Shown here: piece by piece, positions 50,880-60,062 of the stretch
Layout of the letters: each line of letters opens with the position of its first letter
Numbering within the stretch: position 1 is the stretch's first letter
Program-made: the position numbers and the translations under genes
Notes under the pieces: generated by a model
What the model was told of the DNA's origin: nothing
Databases searched by the model: none
What the model saw: only the letters and a program-made list of their open reading frames with translations
Origin: Patescibacteria group bacterium
Lineage (GTDB): Bacteria; Patescibacteriota; Microgenomatia; JAMCZE01
Length of the DNA: 64,000 bases
Direction: 5' to 3'
NCBI GenBank assembly: GCA_023485845.1
Contig: JAMCZE010000010.1
Location: 156,046-220,045 of the forward strand

Positions 50880-51417
50880 GCGCTTGGGAGATTAACTGTG
50901 TCTGGTCTTGCGAAGAAAGTTGCTTGCCGATTAATGTTTTGATCACCCGGTCCAACACTTCGACTACATCCTGGTCGGTGAGGGCCAGCATCTTCTGCCG
51001 GTAGGCTTGTGCTTCTAATTTCACCCGTATCGTCTCCTCCTGAGCTAACTTAAGAATCTGGTCTTCAACCGCCGTCATTTTTTCTTCCAGTCTTTTAGTG
51101 AAGCCTGTCATAGCATCGTCAACCACCGCGGCGCTATTTTTTTGCAACCCGGACAAAAACTTGCCATACTCCTGCTGGGCAGCGGCAATTACTCCCGCCA
51201 GATCCTTTTCCATCCGGGTGTCCACCTGATGCAGTTGATCCTCATATCCGGATGTGATTTTTGCCTCGTCCTCCCGGGTTTTATGGACTGTCCGGTGCCA
51301 GAGAGTTTCGTTGCGCCGGAGAAAATCCCGCTCCGTTTTCCAAAGATACACTGCCAGGGCAATCTGGCCTACGGCCAAGAGGGCAAATAACACTAAATAT
51401 ATATTAGGCAGGAACAT
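50848..51417 (-). CDS. atpF: Subunit b-like stator protein
   Basis: N-terminal TM plus long charged coiled coil ending QDQTQLISQAL; position before delta. Confidence 0.7.
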   Translation of the reverse strand: MFLPNIYLVLFALLAVGQIALAVYLWKTERDFLRRNETLWHRTVHKTREDEAKITSGYEDQLHQVDTRMEKDLAGVIAAAQQEYGKFLSGLQKNSAAVVDDAMTGFTKRLEEKMTAVEDQILKLAQEETIRVKLEAQAYRQKMLALTDQDVVEVLDRVIKTLIGKQLSSQDQTQLISQALDDAKKDKFI

Positions 51418-51431
51418 AAAATTAGTGTAGA

Positions 51432-52196
51432 TTAAAATCTAAGAATTAGCAAGGCACCGGCAATGCCGATAATCCCCACTACGGCAATCATTCCCACGTT
51501 AAGCGCCATGGACAAATAAATCGTGTGCCGGGCCAAGGGATTGCGCCCGATCGCCTCGACCGCTTTGGGCAGCGACCGGGAAAAAGTGATAAAACCGAAG
51601 CCAAAGCTAATGAGCAAAACCACGGCCGCCAAGATATAGCGGACAATCATCCCGAACTGCTCCGGGTTCTTCACATTAGAGAAGAAAGATGCCCCAAGAT
51701 ACTCTAACAACCGATTGGCGTTACGCGCTGTTGTTAGTTCCGCATACTCAATCCGCAGTGCCACCGGAACTTGGCCATCCTTATCGGCGCTAGCCAAAGC
51801 AATACCCAAAACATAGCCCGATTGGGTGGCTTTCTGGGCCTTGCCGGGAGTTTGTGACGAGGTCAAATAGTCCCCGGCGGCAATTGCTCCGTTGGCCATC
51901 ACCACGTTAACAGTGGCCACTCCGGTGCGCGCCACTGGCCGAGCGCCAGCTTCCCCACTTTGCAGCACCACCACAGAGTTATCGGCTAAAACACCGAAAA
52001 TATTATTGTCATAAGGAATCGTCGCTCGTTTAAAGCCGTTTTGGGTGCTAACAATAATATCACCACTGGTTGCACCAGGATCGTTAATCGCAAATGTCCC
52101 AGCCGCATCAAGCCCCTCCGCGTGAACGGGAATTGGGCTAATTGGATTAATTAGGTAAATTAGACTAATTAGACAAATTTGAATTATTTTCATCAT
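51432..52196 (-). CDS. Signal peptide + extracellular domain + subunit-c-like hairpin lacking the carboxylate
   Basis: VHA/E cleavage-like site; two C-terminal TMs joined by KAVEAIGRNP; occupies the atpE position. Confidence 0.75.
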   Translation of the reverse strand: MMKIIQICLISLIYLINPISPIPVHAEGLDAAGTFAINDPGATSGDIIVSTQNGFKRATIPYDNNIFGVLADNSVVVLQSGEAGARPVARTGVATVNVVMANGAIAAGDYLTSSQTPGKAQKATQSGYVLGIALASADKDGQVPVALRIEYAELTTARNANRLLEYLGASFFSNVKNPEQFGMIVRYILAAVVLLISFGFGFITFSRSLPKAVEAIGRNPLARHTIYLSMALNVGMIAVVGIIGIAGALLILRF

Positions 52197-52876
52197 TTCC
52201 AGAATACCAGCTTTTCTTGCAGAAGCAAAAGGGGAAAGATAATTGTTGCATTAATAATTCTTTTGACATGGTTTGGTCGATTATGTTCCCGTACTAGTCG
52301 CCAAACCCATTCCAGACCAAGTTTGGCCAACCACTCCGGCGGCAAGGGTTTTGTCCCGGAAATATAATCAAAAGCCCCACCGACACCCATACCCACACGA
52401 AATTTACAATTTACAACTTTCAATTTACAATCCCAAAGAAACTTTTCTTGTTTTGGGTGGCCAAGGGCAACGAAGAATAAATCGGGGTTTTGAGAAACGA
52501 TCTTTATCCCGGGGAAAAGTTGGCACAAGCGGTCGGCAGTTTTTTCCGCCACTCCCGCCGCTGCCCCATACAGTCCCACCGTCCAGTTTTTTTTGGCCGC
52601 CAGCCGGCAAAGGTCTAGCATTAACTCTCGACCCGGCAGTCGATGTTTTATCTTTCCAAAAAGTCGTAAGCCAATCCCCTCCGGTAAACTTAAATCCGTG
52701 TTGTCCAAAATCTCTTTAAACGCCAAATCTTTTTGGGCGGTGACCAAAAATTCCGGGCCGACTGTCACTATAAGTCTTTGTTTTTTAGACTTCCCTATAA
52801 GCCATGAAGAAATAATCCCAAGAACTTCATTTTTTGGGTAATCATCGATTTTTATGCCTAAGATTTTTTTTGTCAT
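52193..52876 (-). CDS. WecB/TagA/CpsF glycosyltransferase
   Basis: LPEGIG, FVALGHPKQE, GVGGAFD, GLEWVWRL. Confidence 0.9.
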   Translation of the reverse strand: MTKKILGIKIDDYPKNEVLGIISSWLIGKSKKQRLIVTVGPEFLVTAQKDLAFKEILDNTDLSLPEGIGLRLFGKIKHRLPGRELMLDLCRLAAKKNWTVGLYGAAAGVAEKTADRLCQLFPGIKIVSQNPDLFFVALGHPKQEKFLWDCKLKVVNCKFRVGMGVGGAFDYISGTKPLPPEWLAKLGLEWVWRLVREHNRPNHVKRIINATIIFPLLLLQEKLVFWK

Positions 52877-53007
52877 CTGATCCGGTTTGATCCACTCCCG
52901 TTGGGATCTCCCCTGCTAAAAACTCTAAGATAGAAAATTGTCACTTTTTTAAAACTGCCAAACTGCCAAATCTGAACACTTTTTTTCGAGCCTAAAATCT
53001 GGTTTAT

Positions 53008-53039
53008 GTGACTTAAGTAACTTAAGTTACTTAAGTCAC
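53008..53039. repeat. Perfect 32-bp palindrome built of 9-bp units
   Basis: GTGACTTAAGTAACTTAAGTTACTTAAGTCAC just after the mreB stop. Confidence 0.85.
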
Positions 53040-53054
53040 TTATAGGTCGTCGCT

Positions 53055-54059
53055 TCAGCGACGACTTAGGCTCTTTTTATAAAATTCAATGTTCTCCATC
53101 GCTACCCCGCAGCCCTTGACGACACAAAAAAGTGGGTCATCGGCCACATGGACCGGAACACCAAGAGTATGGGTCATCAACTTATCTAAATTTCGCAGAT
53201 TAGCCGTCCCTCCACTAAGCACGATGCCCTTATCAATTATGTCTGAGGCTAATTCTGGGGGGGTTTCCTCTAGCACTCCCTTTACGGCACTGATAACGAG
53301 CGTCAAGGTCGCCGTTATCGCCTCCACGACCTCATTGGAAGTCAAATTAAGCATTCGGGGCAGCCCGGACGCGCCATCTCGACCGCGAACTTCCATTTGC
53401 CCGGTGGCTGGCAGGGCCGAGCCAATAGTCATTTTAATCTCTTCCGCAGTGCGTTCCCCCACCATGAGATTATATTTTTTCTTAAGATAAGTTTGGATTG
53501 CTTCGTCGATTTTGTTGCCCGCCACCCGGGCCGACCGATGAATCACCACTCCACCCAAAGAGATCACTGCCGCTTCGGTGCTGCCGCCGCCGATGTCCAC
53601 GATCATTGACCCATTGGGGTTGGCAATGGGAATTTTCGCCCCGATGGCCGCCGCCAGCGGTTCGTCAATTAAGTAAGCCGTCTTAGCCCCGGCAGAAACG
53701 GTGGCGTCCATCACCGCCCGGCGCTCCACCTGTGTCACACCGGCGGGAACGCAGATCATCACCTCCGGACGAAACAGGCGGGAATTGCCGCAGGTCCGAT
53801 CAATAAAATAAGCCAGCATTGCCTGGGTGACTTCGTAGTCGGCAATCACCCCGTCGCGCATCGGCCGCTTGGCCATGATGTTGCCGGGGGTCCGCCCGAG
53901 CATTTGTTTGGCTTCATTGCCCACCGCCACCACTTTACCGTCATCCACCGTCACCACCACCACGGTCGGTTCATTAAGCACCACCCCCTGGCCCACCAAA
54001 AAGACCAGGGAGTTTGCTGTCCCCAAATCAATGCCTAACCGCTTTCCAAAATTAAACAT
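53055..54059 (-). CDS. mreB: Rod shape-determining protein MreB
   Basis: GIDLGTAN, PMRDGVIAD, EPLAAAIGA, DIGGGSTE. Confidence 0.96.
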   Translation of the reverse strand: MFNFGKRLGIDLGTANSLVFLVGQGVVLNEPTVVVVTVDDGKVVAVGNEAKQMLGRTPGNIMAKRPMRDGVIADYEVTQAMLAYFIDRTCGNSRLFRPEVMICVPAGVTQVERRAVMDATVSAGAKTAYLIDEPLAAAIGAKIPIANPNGSMIVDIGGGSTEAAVISLGGVVIHRSARVAGNKIDEAIQTYLKKKYNLMVGERTAEEIKMTIGSALPATGQMEVRGRDGASGLPRMLNLTSNEVVEAITATLTLVISAVKGVLEETPPELASDIIDKGIVLSGGTANLRNLDKLMTHTLGVPVHVADDPLFCVVKGCGVAMENIEFYKKSLSRR

Positions 54060-54065
54060 AATTCG

Positions 54066-54176
54066 CGAATTTGAAATTTGAAATTTTCAATTTGAACTAA
54101 AACTTAACAATTCTTCAAATTCTAATTTTCAAATTGAATATTCAATTCAAATTTTAAATTGTAAATTTCAAATTGT
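54066..54176. repeat. Degenerate 7-bp AT-rich repeat tract
   Basis: AAATTTG / TTCAAAT units; similar tracts at 41392-41443, 55366-55455, 56118-56148 and 46541-46560. Confidence 0.75.
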
Positions 54177-54195
54177 TTTGTGCTAGAATTGTGTC

Positions 54196-55368
54196 GTGTC
54201 TCGTTCTACCATTGCCATTATATCAGCCCTGGTGATCCTTGGTGGGGCAATTTTTGTGGCCATTGCCCTGGCCCGCGGCTTCCAATTTGACCTTTCGAAA
54301 AGATCTCTGTCACCCACCGGCATTCTGGTGGCCACTTCCGATCCCGACGGCGCCGAGGTTTTTATTAACAGCAAACTAGCCACTGCTACCAATAACACCA
54401 TTAATCTTGCCCCGGGCCGCTACAGCGTAAAAATTACCAAGGACGGTTTTGTCTCTTGGGAAAAAAACATTGAGATTAAGCCGGAGGAAGTCTACAAAAC
54501 TAATGTTTTTTTGTTTCCCTCCCTGCCGGATTTGCGGCCGCTGACTTTAACCGGCGCCCAGGATCCCAGTTTGTCCTCAGATGGCACCAAGATTGCCTAC
54601 GTGGTCGCCTCCGCGTCCGCTGCGGAACGCAATGGGGTGTGGATTGCCGACATGGGCCGGCTGATTCCCTCGCCGTTTGCTTCCAGCGCCGATCTGCGTC
54701 AAATCTACCGCGGCGACATTAGCACCGCCAGTTTTCTCTGGTCCCCCGACGGCACTCAACTGCTGGCGTCTGTCAGCGGGAAACTAAATATTCTTCTGGT
54801 GACCAGCCAAATTAATGACCAACCCACATTCCTGGCCACCCCCGGCGCCACCCTGGCTTTGTGGGCAAGCCAGGCGGCGGCAAAACTCGCCACCCAGGAA
54901 ACCAAGCTCGCCCCAACCGTGCTGGCCACCCTGGCGACCGCCAGCGCTGATCTCACTTTCTCCCCCGATGAAACTAAAATCCTCTACCAAGCCACTTCTT
55001 CCGCCTACTTACCTACTTACCTACTTACCTACTTACCGGGGACTAACCCGACCCCCCAAGTTCGCCATCTCACCGCCGGCAACACCTATGTTTATGACCT
55101 AAAAGAAGACCGAAATTATTTAATTAAAAACTGTTCTAATTGCACCTGGTTTCCGTCATCAAGGCATCTGTTGTCCCATACGGACAAGGTTATTTCGGCC
55201 ATGGAATATGACGGCACCAATGAGGCGATCCTCTATGCCGGACCATTTGTTCCTCCGCCGGCCGGCGGGGTTTTTGCCTGGCCCAATTGGAGCAAAATTG
55301 TCATCCTCACCTCCCTCAACGGCGCCGGGGGAATCGGAGAAAACTTGTACACGATTAATCTTAGATAA
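54196..55368 (+). CDS. PEGA-domain membrane protein with TolB-like propeller
   Basis: TM; SDPDGAEVFIN...PGRYSVKITKDGF; SSDGTKI, WSPDG, FSPDE. Confidence 0.85.
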   Translation: MSRSTIAIISALVILGGAIFVAIALARGFQFDLSKRSLSPTGILVATSDPDGAEVFINSKLATATNNTINLAPGRYSVKITKDGFVSWEKNIEIKPEEVYKTNVFLFPSLPDLRPLTLTGAQDPSLSSDGTKIAYVVASASAAERNGVWIADMGRLIPSPFASSADLRQIYRGDISTASFLWSPDGTQLLASVSGKLNILLVTSQINDQPTFLATPGATLALWASQAAAKLATQETKLAPTVLATLATASADLTFSPDETKILYQATSSAYLPTYLLTYLPGTNPTPQVRHLTAGNTYVYDLKEDRNYLIKNCSNCTWFPSSRHLLSHTDKVISAMEYDGTNEAILYAGPFVPPPAGGVFAWPNWSKIVILTSLNGAGGIGENLYTINLR

Positions 55369-55452
55369 TTTAAAAATCAAAATTTAAAAGTTAAAAGTTC
55401 GAGTTAAAATTATTAATTCTGACTTGCAATTTTGCCTTTTGATTTTTGAATT

Positions 55453-56118
55453 TTAACTTGTTTTTAACCGGGCAAACACCAGCAACCGTTCCAGCGTTGT
55501 TCCCGGTGGCCAACAGGTCTGGAGTGTCAGCATGGAGAAATTCGCCTGAGCGGTTAAATAGCCGGTGGCGTCCGGCGGGACAATCTTCTTGTCATAGACC
55601 ACGTAGATAAACCGCCGACCCTGGTAGAAAAGATCCACTTCATCGCCGGGGGCCAGCTCCCGCAGCAGATAGAACACCGCGTTCCAACGGTTGACTTCCC
55701 AGAAATTACCCACCGAATGGGCAAAAAGAAACACGTCACCGACCTGGCCAGGATTAACCGTTCCCCTGGCCTGGGCCACCCCTTGTTTTAAGGCCGCCAA
55801 ATACTCCGTTTCATTGCCCGGGTCAACATTGGGAATCACTTTCGCGTTAGCGTTAATCTTGGGAATAACCACGCCAAAATCGAGGTCCACTGGGGTGATT
55901 GGCAGAGTGTTGGGAGCCACGGCCAGGAGATTAGCTCGCTGCTGCGGTGTGTCCACCACCACAAACTGTTTGCCGGCCAGATTATCATAGCGATAAACCA
56001 CTTCCGCCTGGATCGCCGGAGAAAAGGTCAAAATGACCCCGGCAATCGCCGAAAGCAACAAAAAATTGCCAACAGTTCTCAAAACGAAAATTTTGATGAA
56101 ATCACTACCAATCGTCAT
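55453..56118 (-). CDS. Sortase
   Basis: IPKIN, FAHS, TLQTCWP, RL catalytic pattern; N-terminal TM. Confidence 0.9.
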   Translation of the reverse strand: MTIGSDFIKIFVLRTVGNFLLLSAIAGVILTFSPAIQAEVVYRYDNLAGKQFVVVDTPQQRANLLAVAPNTLPITPVDLDFGVVIPKINANAKVIPNVDPGNETEYLAALKQGVAQARGTVNPGQVGDVFLFAHSVGNFWEVNRWNAVFYLLRELAPGDEVDLFYQGRRFIYVVYDKKIVPPDATGYLTAQANFSMLTLQTCWPPGTTLERLLVFARLKTS

Positions 56119-56155
56119 TGAAAATTGTAAATTGGAAATTGAAAATTCGCGTGTG

Positions 56156-56229
56156 TGCTCCCGGGCAGAGTCGAACTGCCAGTCTTTCCCTTAGGACGGG
56201 ACTGCTCGATCCAATTGAGCTACGGGAGC
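56156..56229 (-). tRNA. tRNA-Arg(CCT)
   Basis: GCTCCCG/CGGGAGC acceptor stem, TAGCTCAATTGGA, anticodon CCT, GTTCGAC T-loop. Confidence 0.92.
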
Positions 56230-56272
56230 TCACTCCTAATTATACTGCTTAATTATGTTAAAATGGGGTTCA

Positions 56273-56347
56273 CGGGGTGTAGGTCATCGGTAGACCGCTC
56301 GGTTCGGGTCCGAGAGGCAGTGGGTTCAATTCCCGCCACCCCGACCA
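56273..56347 (+). tRNA. tRNA-Pro(CGG)
   Basis: CGGGGTG/CACCCCG acceptor stem, CTCGG-TTCGGGT-CCGAG arm, encoded CCA. Confidence 0.93.
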
Positions 56348-56949
56348 GGCTTTTTCTCCCAATCAACCGAATAAAGGATCTCGTCCTGCGCCCGTTTATA
56401 ATCGAAAATTTCCTCCGGTTTAAACCAAATTTTGATCTCATGCTCAGCCTCTTCGACTGTTCCGGAAGCGTGAACCAAAGTACGCACTGACCGGCGATCC
56501 TCATCAGCCAAAAAGTAAGAATCAACCGTATAATCCGCGGTGATCGTTCCCACTTCGGCCTGCAACGGGTTGGTGTGTCCGCGCATCTTGCGCACTTGGG
56601 CCACCGCGTGAGCTCCCTCAATCACCATCACCAACACCGGACCGGCCGAGAGATAACTTTTCAGCCATGACTGAATTCTTTTGGCAATTTGCAGCGGGGT
56701 TTCCTTCATCTCAATCCCCCGCTCCCTAAATGAGGCGATTGTTCGCTCCCCCAAAAGCCGGGCGGCCGACTCCGGCTGGTCATAGTGAATGCCAGCTAGC
56801 TTCTCATCCGGCCAAACCATCTTCATCGCCACAATTTTCAGACCCTTGCGCTCAAACCGGGTGATAATTTCTCCCATGATCCCCCGCGCCACCACATCCG
56901 GTTTTAAAATCACCAGTGTTTGCTCAATGAATTTAGATTTCTTAGGCAT
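56326..56949 (-). CDS. ndk: Nucleoside diphosphate kinase
   Basis: TLVILKPD, RFERKGLK, GTI, VHASG. Confidence 0.93.
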   Translation of the reverse strand: MPKKSKFIEQTLVILKPDVVARGIMGEIITRFERKGLKIVAMKMVWPDEKLAGIHYDQPESAARLLGERTIASFRERGIEMKETPLQIAKRIQSWLKSYLSAGPVLVMVIEGAHAVAQVRKMRGHTNPLQAEVGTITADYTVDSYFLADEDRRSVRTLVHASGTVEEAEHEIKIWFKPEEIFDYKRAQDEILYSVDWEKKPGRGGGN

Positions 56950-56987
56950 ATAAAACAAAATGACGCGAACAAATTTTTAATTGAGCG

Positions 56988-58250
56988 TCATAATTTTATA
57001 ATTTTATCAAATTCCCCTTCATTTTTGAACGGGCCGATGATGGCCAGATTTAGGTTTTTATTTTGGAAAATGTCCCGGGCAACGCGCTGGATGTCGGCAG
57101 CCGTCACCTTGTTGACCTTCTCCAAAATCTCCTCCGGTGTTTCGATTTTATTTAACAACACTTCTTGGGAAGTGTAGAAGGAGGCAACTCGGAAGGAATC
57201 CTCCAGGGCCAGGACCATTTTCCCTTCGGTGTTGTCCTTTGCCCGTTGAAGCTCAACGGCGGAGACAGGCTTGGCGGTCAGCTTACCAAACTCTTCCACA
57301 ATCACCTTGACCGCGTCAGCGGCTTTAGGTAAGCTCACCCCCGCTTGGGCCACCAGATAGCCAACATCATGAAACTCTTCGGCGCTGGAGTGGACATAAT
57401 AGGCCAAACCACGTTTCTCGCGAACCTGTAAAAATAGCCGACTGGACATGTTTCCGCCCAAAATATTATTGAGAACCCCTAGAACATAACGATCGGGATG
57501 ATCGGCCGGATAGGCCCGCACTCCCAAACATAGATGCGCTTGGTCGGTTTTTTTAAAATGCACCAACCTGGCCGGTTTGGTTTGTTGGTCTTTGGCCACG
57601 ACAAATTTATTTTCCTGGCCGGCAGTGACTTCTTCGAAATACTTTCCTACTTTCTTGCTTTCTTGCTCTCCAACTCCCCCGGCAATCCCGACCACAACCG
57701 ATTGGGTGTGATACATTGTGTTAACATAGTCCACCATGTCCCGGCGGGAAATCTCCAGGATATTTTTTTTCTCCCCGGAAATGCGCCGGGCCAGCGGATG
57801 GTTCTGATAGAGCAGTTGCTCGAAAAGTTCCCCCACTCGGGCCTGCGGCTGGTCTTCATACATGTTAATTTCTTCAATAATTACGCCCCGCTCTTTGTTC
57901 ATTTCCCGGCTGTCAAACAGCGAGTTGGTCAGCATGTCCGAGAGGACATCCAGAATTAAATCGCGATGCTCGGCGGCCGCTTTAATGTAGAAGCCGGTGG
58001 TTTCCTTGTCGGTAAACGCGTTGAAACTGCCGCCGATGCCGTCCACCAGCGAGGTGATGGCCAGACTGTTGGGTCGTTTCTTGGTCCCCTTGAAAATCAT
58101 GTGCTCCAAAAAGTGGGAGATGCCGTTATTCTTGGCAGTTTCGTAGCGGCTGCCGGCGGCCACCATAACGAGGGCCGCGACGCTTTTAACCTGGGGCATG
58201 GGAACAGAAATCACCCGCAGTCCGCCGGGCAAAGTCGTTTTTTTAAACAT
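56988..58250 (-). CDS. M16 family zinc peptidase
   Basis: HFLEHMIFKGT, NAFT, SSRLF..VREKRGLAY. Confidence 0.95.
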   Translation of the reverse strand: MFKKTTLPGGLRVISVPMPQVKSVAALVMVAAGSRYETAKNNGISHFLEHMIFKGTKKRPNSLAITSLVDGIGGSFNAFTDKETTGFYIKAAAEHRDLILDVLSDMLTNSLFDSREMNKERGVIIEEINMYEDQPQARVGELFEQLLYQNHPLARRISGEKKNILEISRRDMVDYVNTMYHTQSVVVGIAGGVGEQESKKVGKYFEEVTAGQENKFVVAKDQQTKPARLVHFKKTDQAHLCLGVRAYPADHPDRYVLGVLNNILGGNMSSRLFLQVREKRGLAYYVHSSAEEFHDVGYLVAQAGVSLPKAADAVKVIVEEFGKLTAKPVSAVELQRAKDNTEGKMVLALEDSFRVASFYTSQEVLLNKIETPEEILEKVNKVTAADIQRVARDIFQNKNLNLAIIGPFKNEGEFDKIIKL

Positions 58251-58267
58251 GAAGGGATTGTAGCAGA

Positions 58268-58450
58268 TTAACCTTCTTTTGTCTCTGGGCGATTCCTTTT
58301 TTCTCGAGCCCGCCTCTCCACTTCCTCCGCTAACCGCCGGTTAGCTTCTTGTTGCAGTTGGGTCACGTCGCCACGATCAGCTGCCTTTTGTTCCTGCTGT
58401 CTGATCTGTGCTTCTTTAAGTCTTTTTGTTAGTGGTCCAGCCATCATCAC
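58268..58450 (-). CDS. Small charged hypothetical protein
   Basis: 60 aa overlapping the argS stop. Confidence 0.45.
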   Translation of the reverse strand: MMMAGPLTKRLKEAQIRQQEQKAADRGDVTQLQQEANRRLAEEVERRAREKRNRPETKEG

Positions 58451-60057
58451 ATCCTTTCCAAGGCTTCGATGCCCAAAAGATTTAAGCCGTTTTTTAAAAC
58501 ATCCGCTGTCGTCGCGGTCAATTTCAACCGCAAATCATTGCCCAAAATCGGGCAATTGTTATAGAAATTATTATAGCGCTTCGCCAGTTCAAATAAATAG
58601 GAACAGACTAAATTTGGGGCATATTGCCTAGCCGCCGCCTCCACCACCTCGGGAAAACGGTAGAGATAGCGCAAAAGAGCCAGTTCTTCATTAGTTAGTT
58701 CTCCCGTGATTTTTGCCTTTTGATTTTTGCCTTTTGATTTGCGAAGTACGCTCTGCGCACGAGCAAACGTGTATTGCAAATACGGCCCCGAGTCACCCTG
58801 CAGTTCAAACATTTTCTCCCAATCAAAAACAATGTCGCTTTGGACACCATGTTTTAAGTCAAAATATTTAATCGCCCCAATCCCCACAGCCTGGGCAGCT
58901 TCCTGACTGCCCAATTTAGCCGCCCTGGCAATCGCCTCCTGTAAGATGCCTTCCAATTTTGGTGTGTTTCCTTCTCTGGTCCGGAATCGGCCGCTGGGCC
59001 AGCGGTACATCCCATGGCGAGTGTGGCACAAAATCGCTCCCTGTTTAACATAGCCCAGTTGTCTTGCCACCGCAAAAACCTGACGAAAATGCAGTTCCTG
59101 ATCAACACCCACTTCATAGATCATTATGTCCGGATTCCACTGTTCTTTACGAAATTTTAACGTGGCCAAATCACGAGTGGCGTAAGTGGTTGCCCCATCG
59201 CTTTTAACCAGCATCAGCGGGATTTTAATGCCGGGAATTTCAACCACTCGGGCGCCATCACTTAACTTGGAAATTTTTTGCGCGTCCATAATCACTGCCG
59301 GCATTTTGTCCTCATAGAAACTTTCCCCATAAGCAAAGTCAATCTTCACACCAAGCAGGTCAAAAATCCGGTTAAATTCTTCCATGGAAACATCCACGCA
59401 CTTTTTCCAAAGATTCCGGGCCTTTTTGTCGCCGTCTTCCAGCCGCTTGAACCAGAATCTGGCGGCCGCTTCCATCTGCGGTGTTGACTGCCGGTGAAAT
59501 TCAACGTACCATTTTTCCAAATCATCAATGGTGAAATCGCCCTTTGCCTTCTCGTTAATCATGTAGAGCAGCTTGCCGAATTGGGTTCCCCAGTCGCCCA
59601 GATGGTTGTCACCGATCACTTTGTAGCCCAATGACTGATAAATGTTATAAAGAGCCTGGCCAATGATCGTGGAGCGCAGATGGCCCACGCCAAAACGGCG
59701 GGCAATGTTAGGAGCCGCATAGTCAATCACCACCGTTTTTCCTTTGCCAATTGGCGCGATCTCAATCTTTTGCGCTGCTTCCATTAACGCTGCTGGGGAC
59801 AAGGTGAAGTTAATAAATCCCGGCCCAGCAACACTAGCTTCAAGAGAGGTGGTCTCTTGAAGCTGGACCACAATTTTTTGTGCCACTTCCCGGGGATGGC
59901 CAGTTTTTAACTTCAGGGCAATGTTTGTGGAATAATCGCGGTGCTCCTGGGCTGTCGGGTGTTCCAGCTCAATATCTTCCGGCTTTAGATTAATTTCCGG
60001 GAAAGCTGTTTTCACAGCTTTTAAAACGGCCTGGCGAATGTCATCGGCAATCATCAT
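58447..60057 (-). CDS. argS: Arginine-tRNA ligase
   Basis: GPGFIN, GHLRS, GDWGTQFG, GPYLQY, ERM C-terminus. Confidence 0.96.
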   Translation of the reverse strand: MMIADDIRQAVLKAVKTAFPEINLKPEDIELEHPTAQEHRDYSTNIALKLKTGHPREVAQKIVVQLQETTSLEASVAGPGFINFTLSPAALMEAAQKIEIAPIGKGKTVVIDYAAPNIARRFGVGHLRSTIIGQALYNIYQSLGYKVIGDNHLGDWGTQFGKLLYMINEKAKGDFTIDDLEKWYVEFHRQSTPQMEAAARFWFKRLEDGDKKARNLWKKCVDVSMEEFNRIFDLLGVKIDFAYGESFYEDKMPAVIMDAQKISKLSDGARVVEIPGIKIPLMLVKSDGATTYATRDLATLKFRKEQWNPDIMIYEVGVDQELHFRQVFAVARQLGYVKQGAILCHTRHGMYRWPSGRFRTREGNTPKLEGILQEAIARAAKLGSQEAAQAVGIGAIKYFDLKHGVQSDIVFDWEKMFELQGDSGPYLQYTFARAQSVLRKSKGKNQKAKITGELTNEELALLRYLYRFPEVVEAAARQYAPNLVCSYLFELAKRYNNFYNNCPILGNDLRLKLTATTADVLKNGLNLLGIEALERM

Positions 60058-60062
60058 ATATA

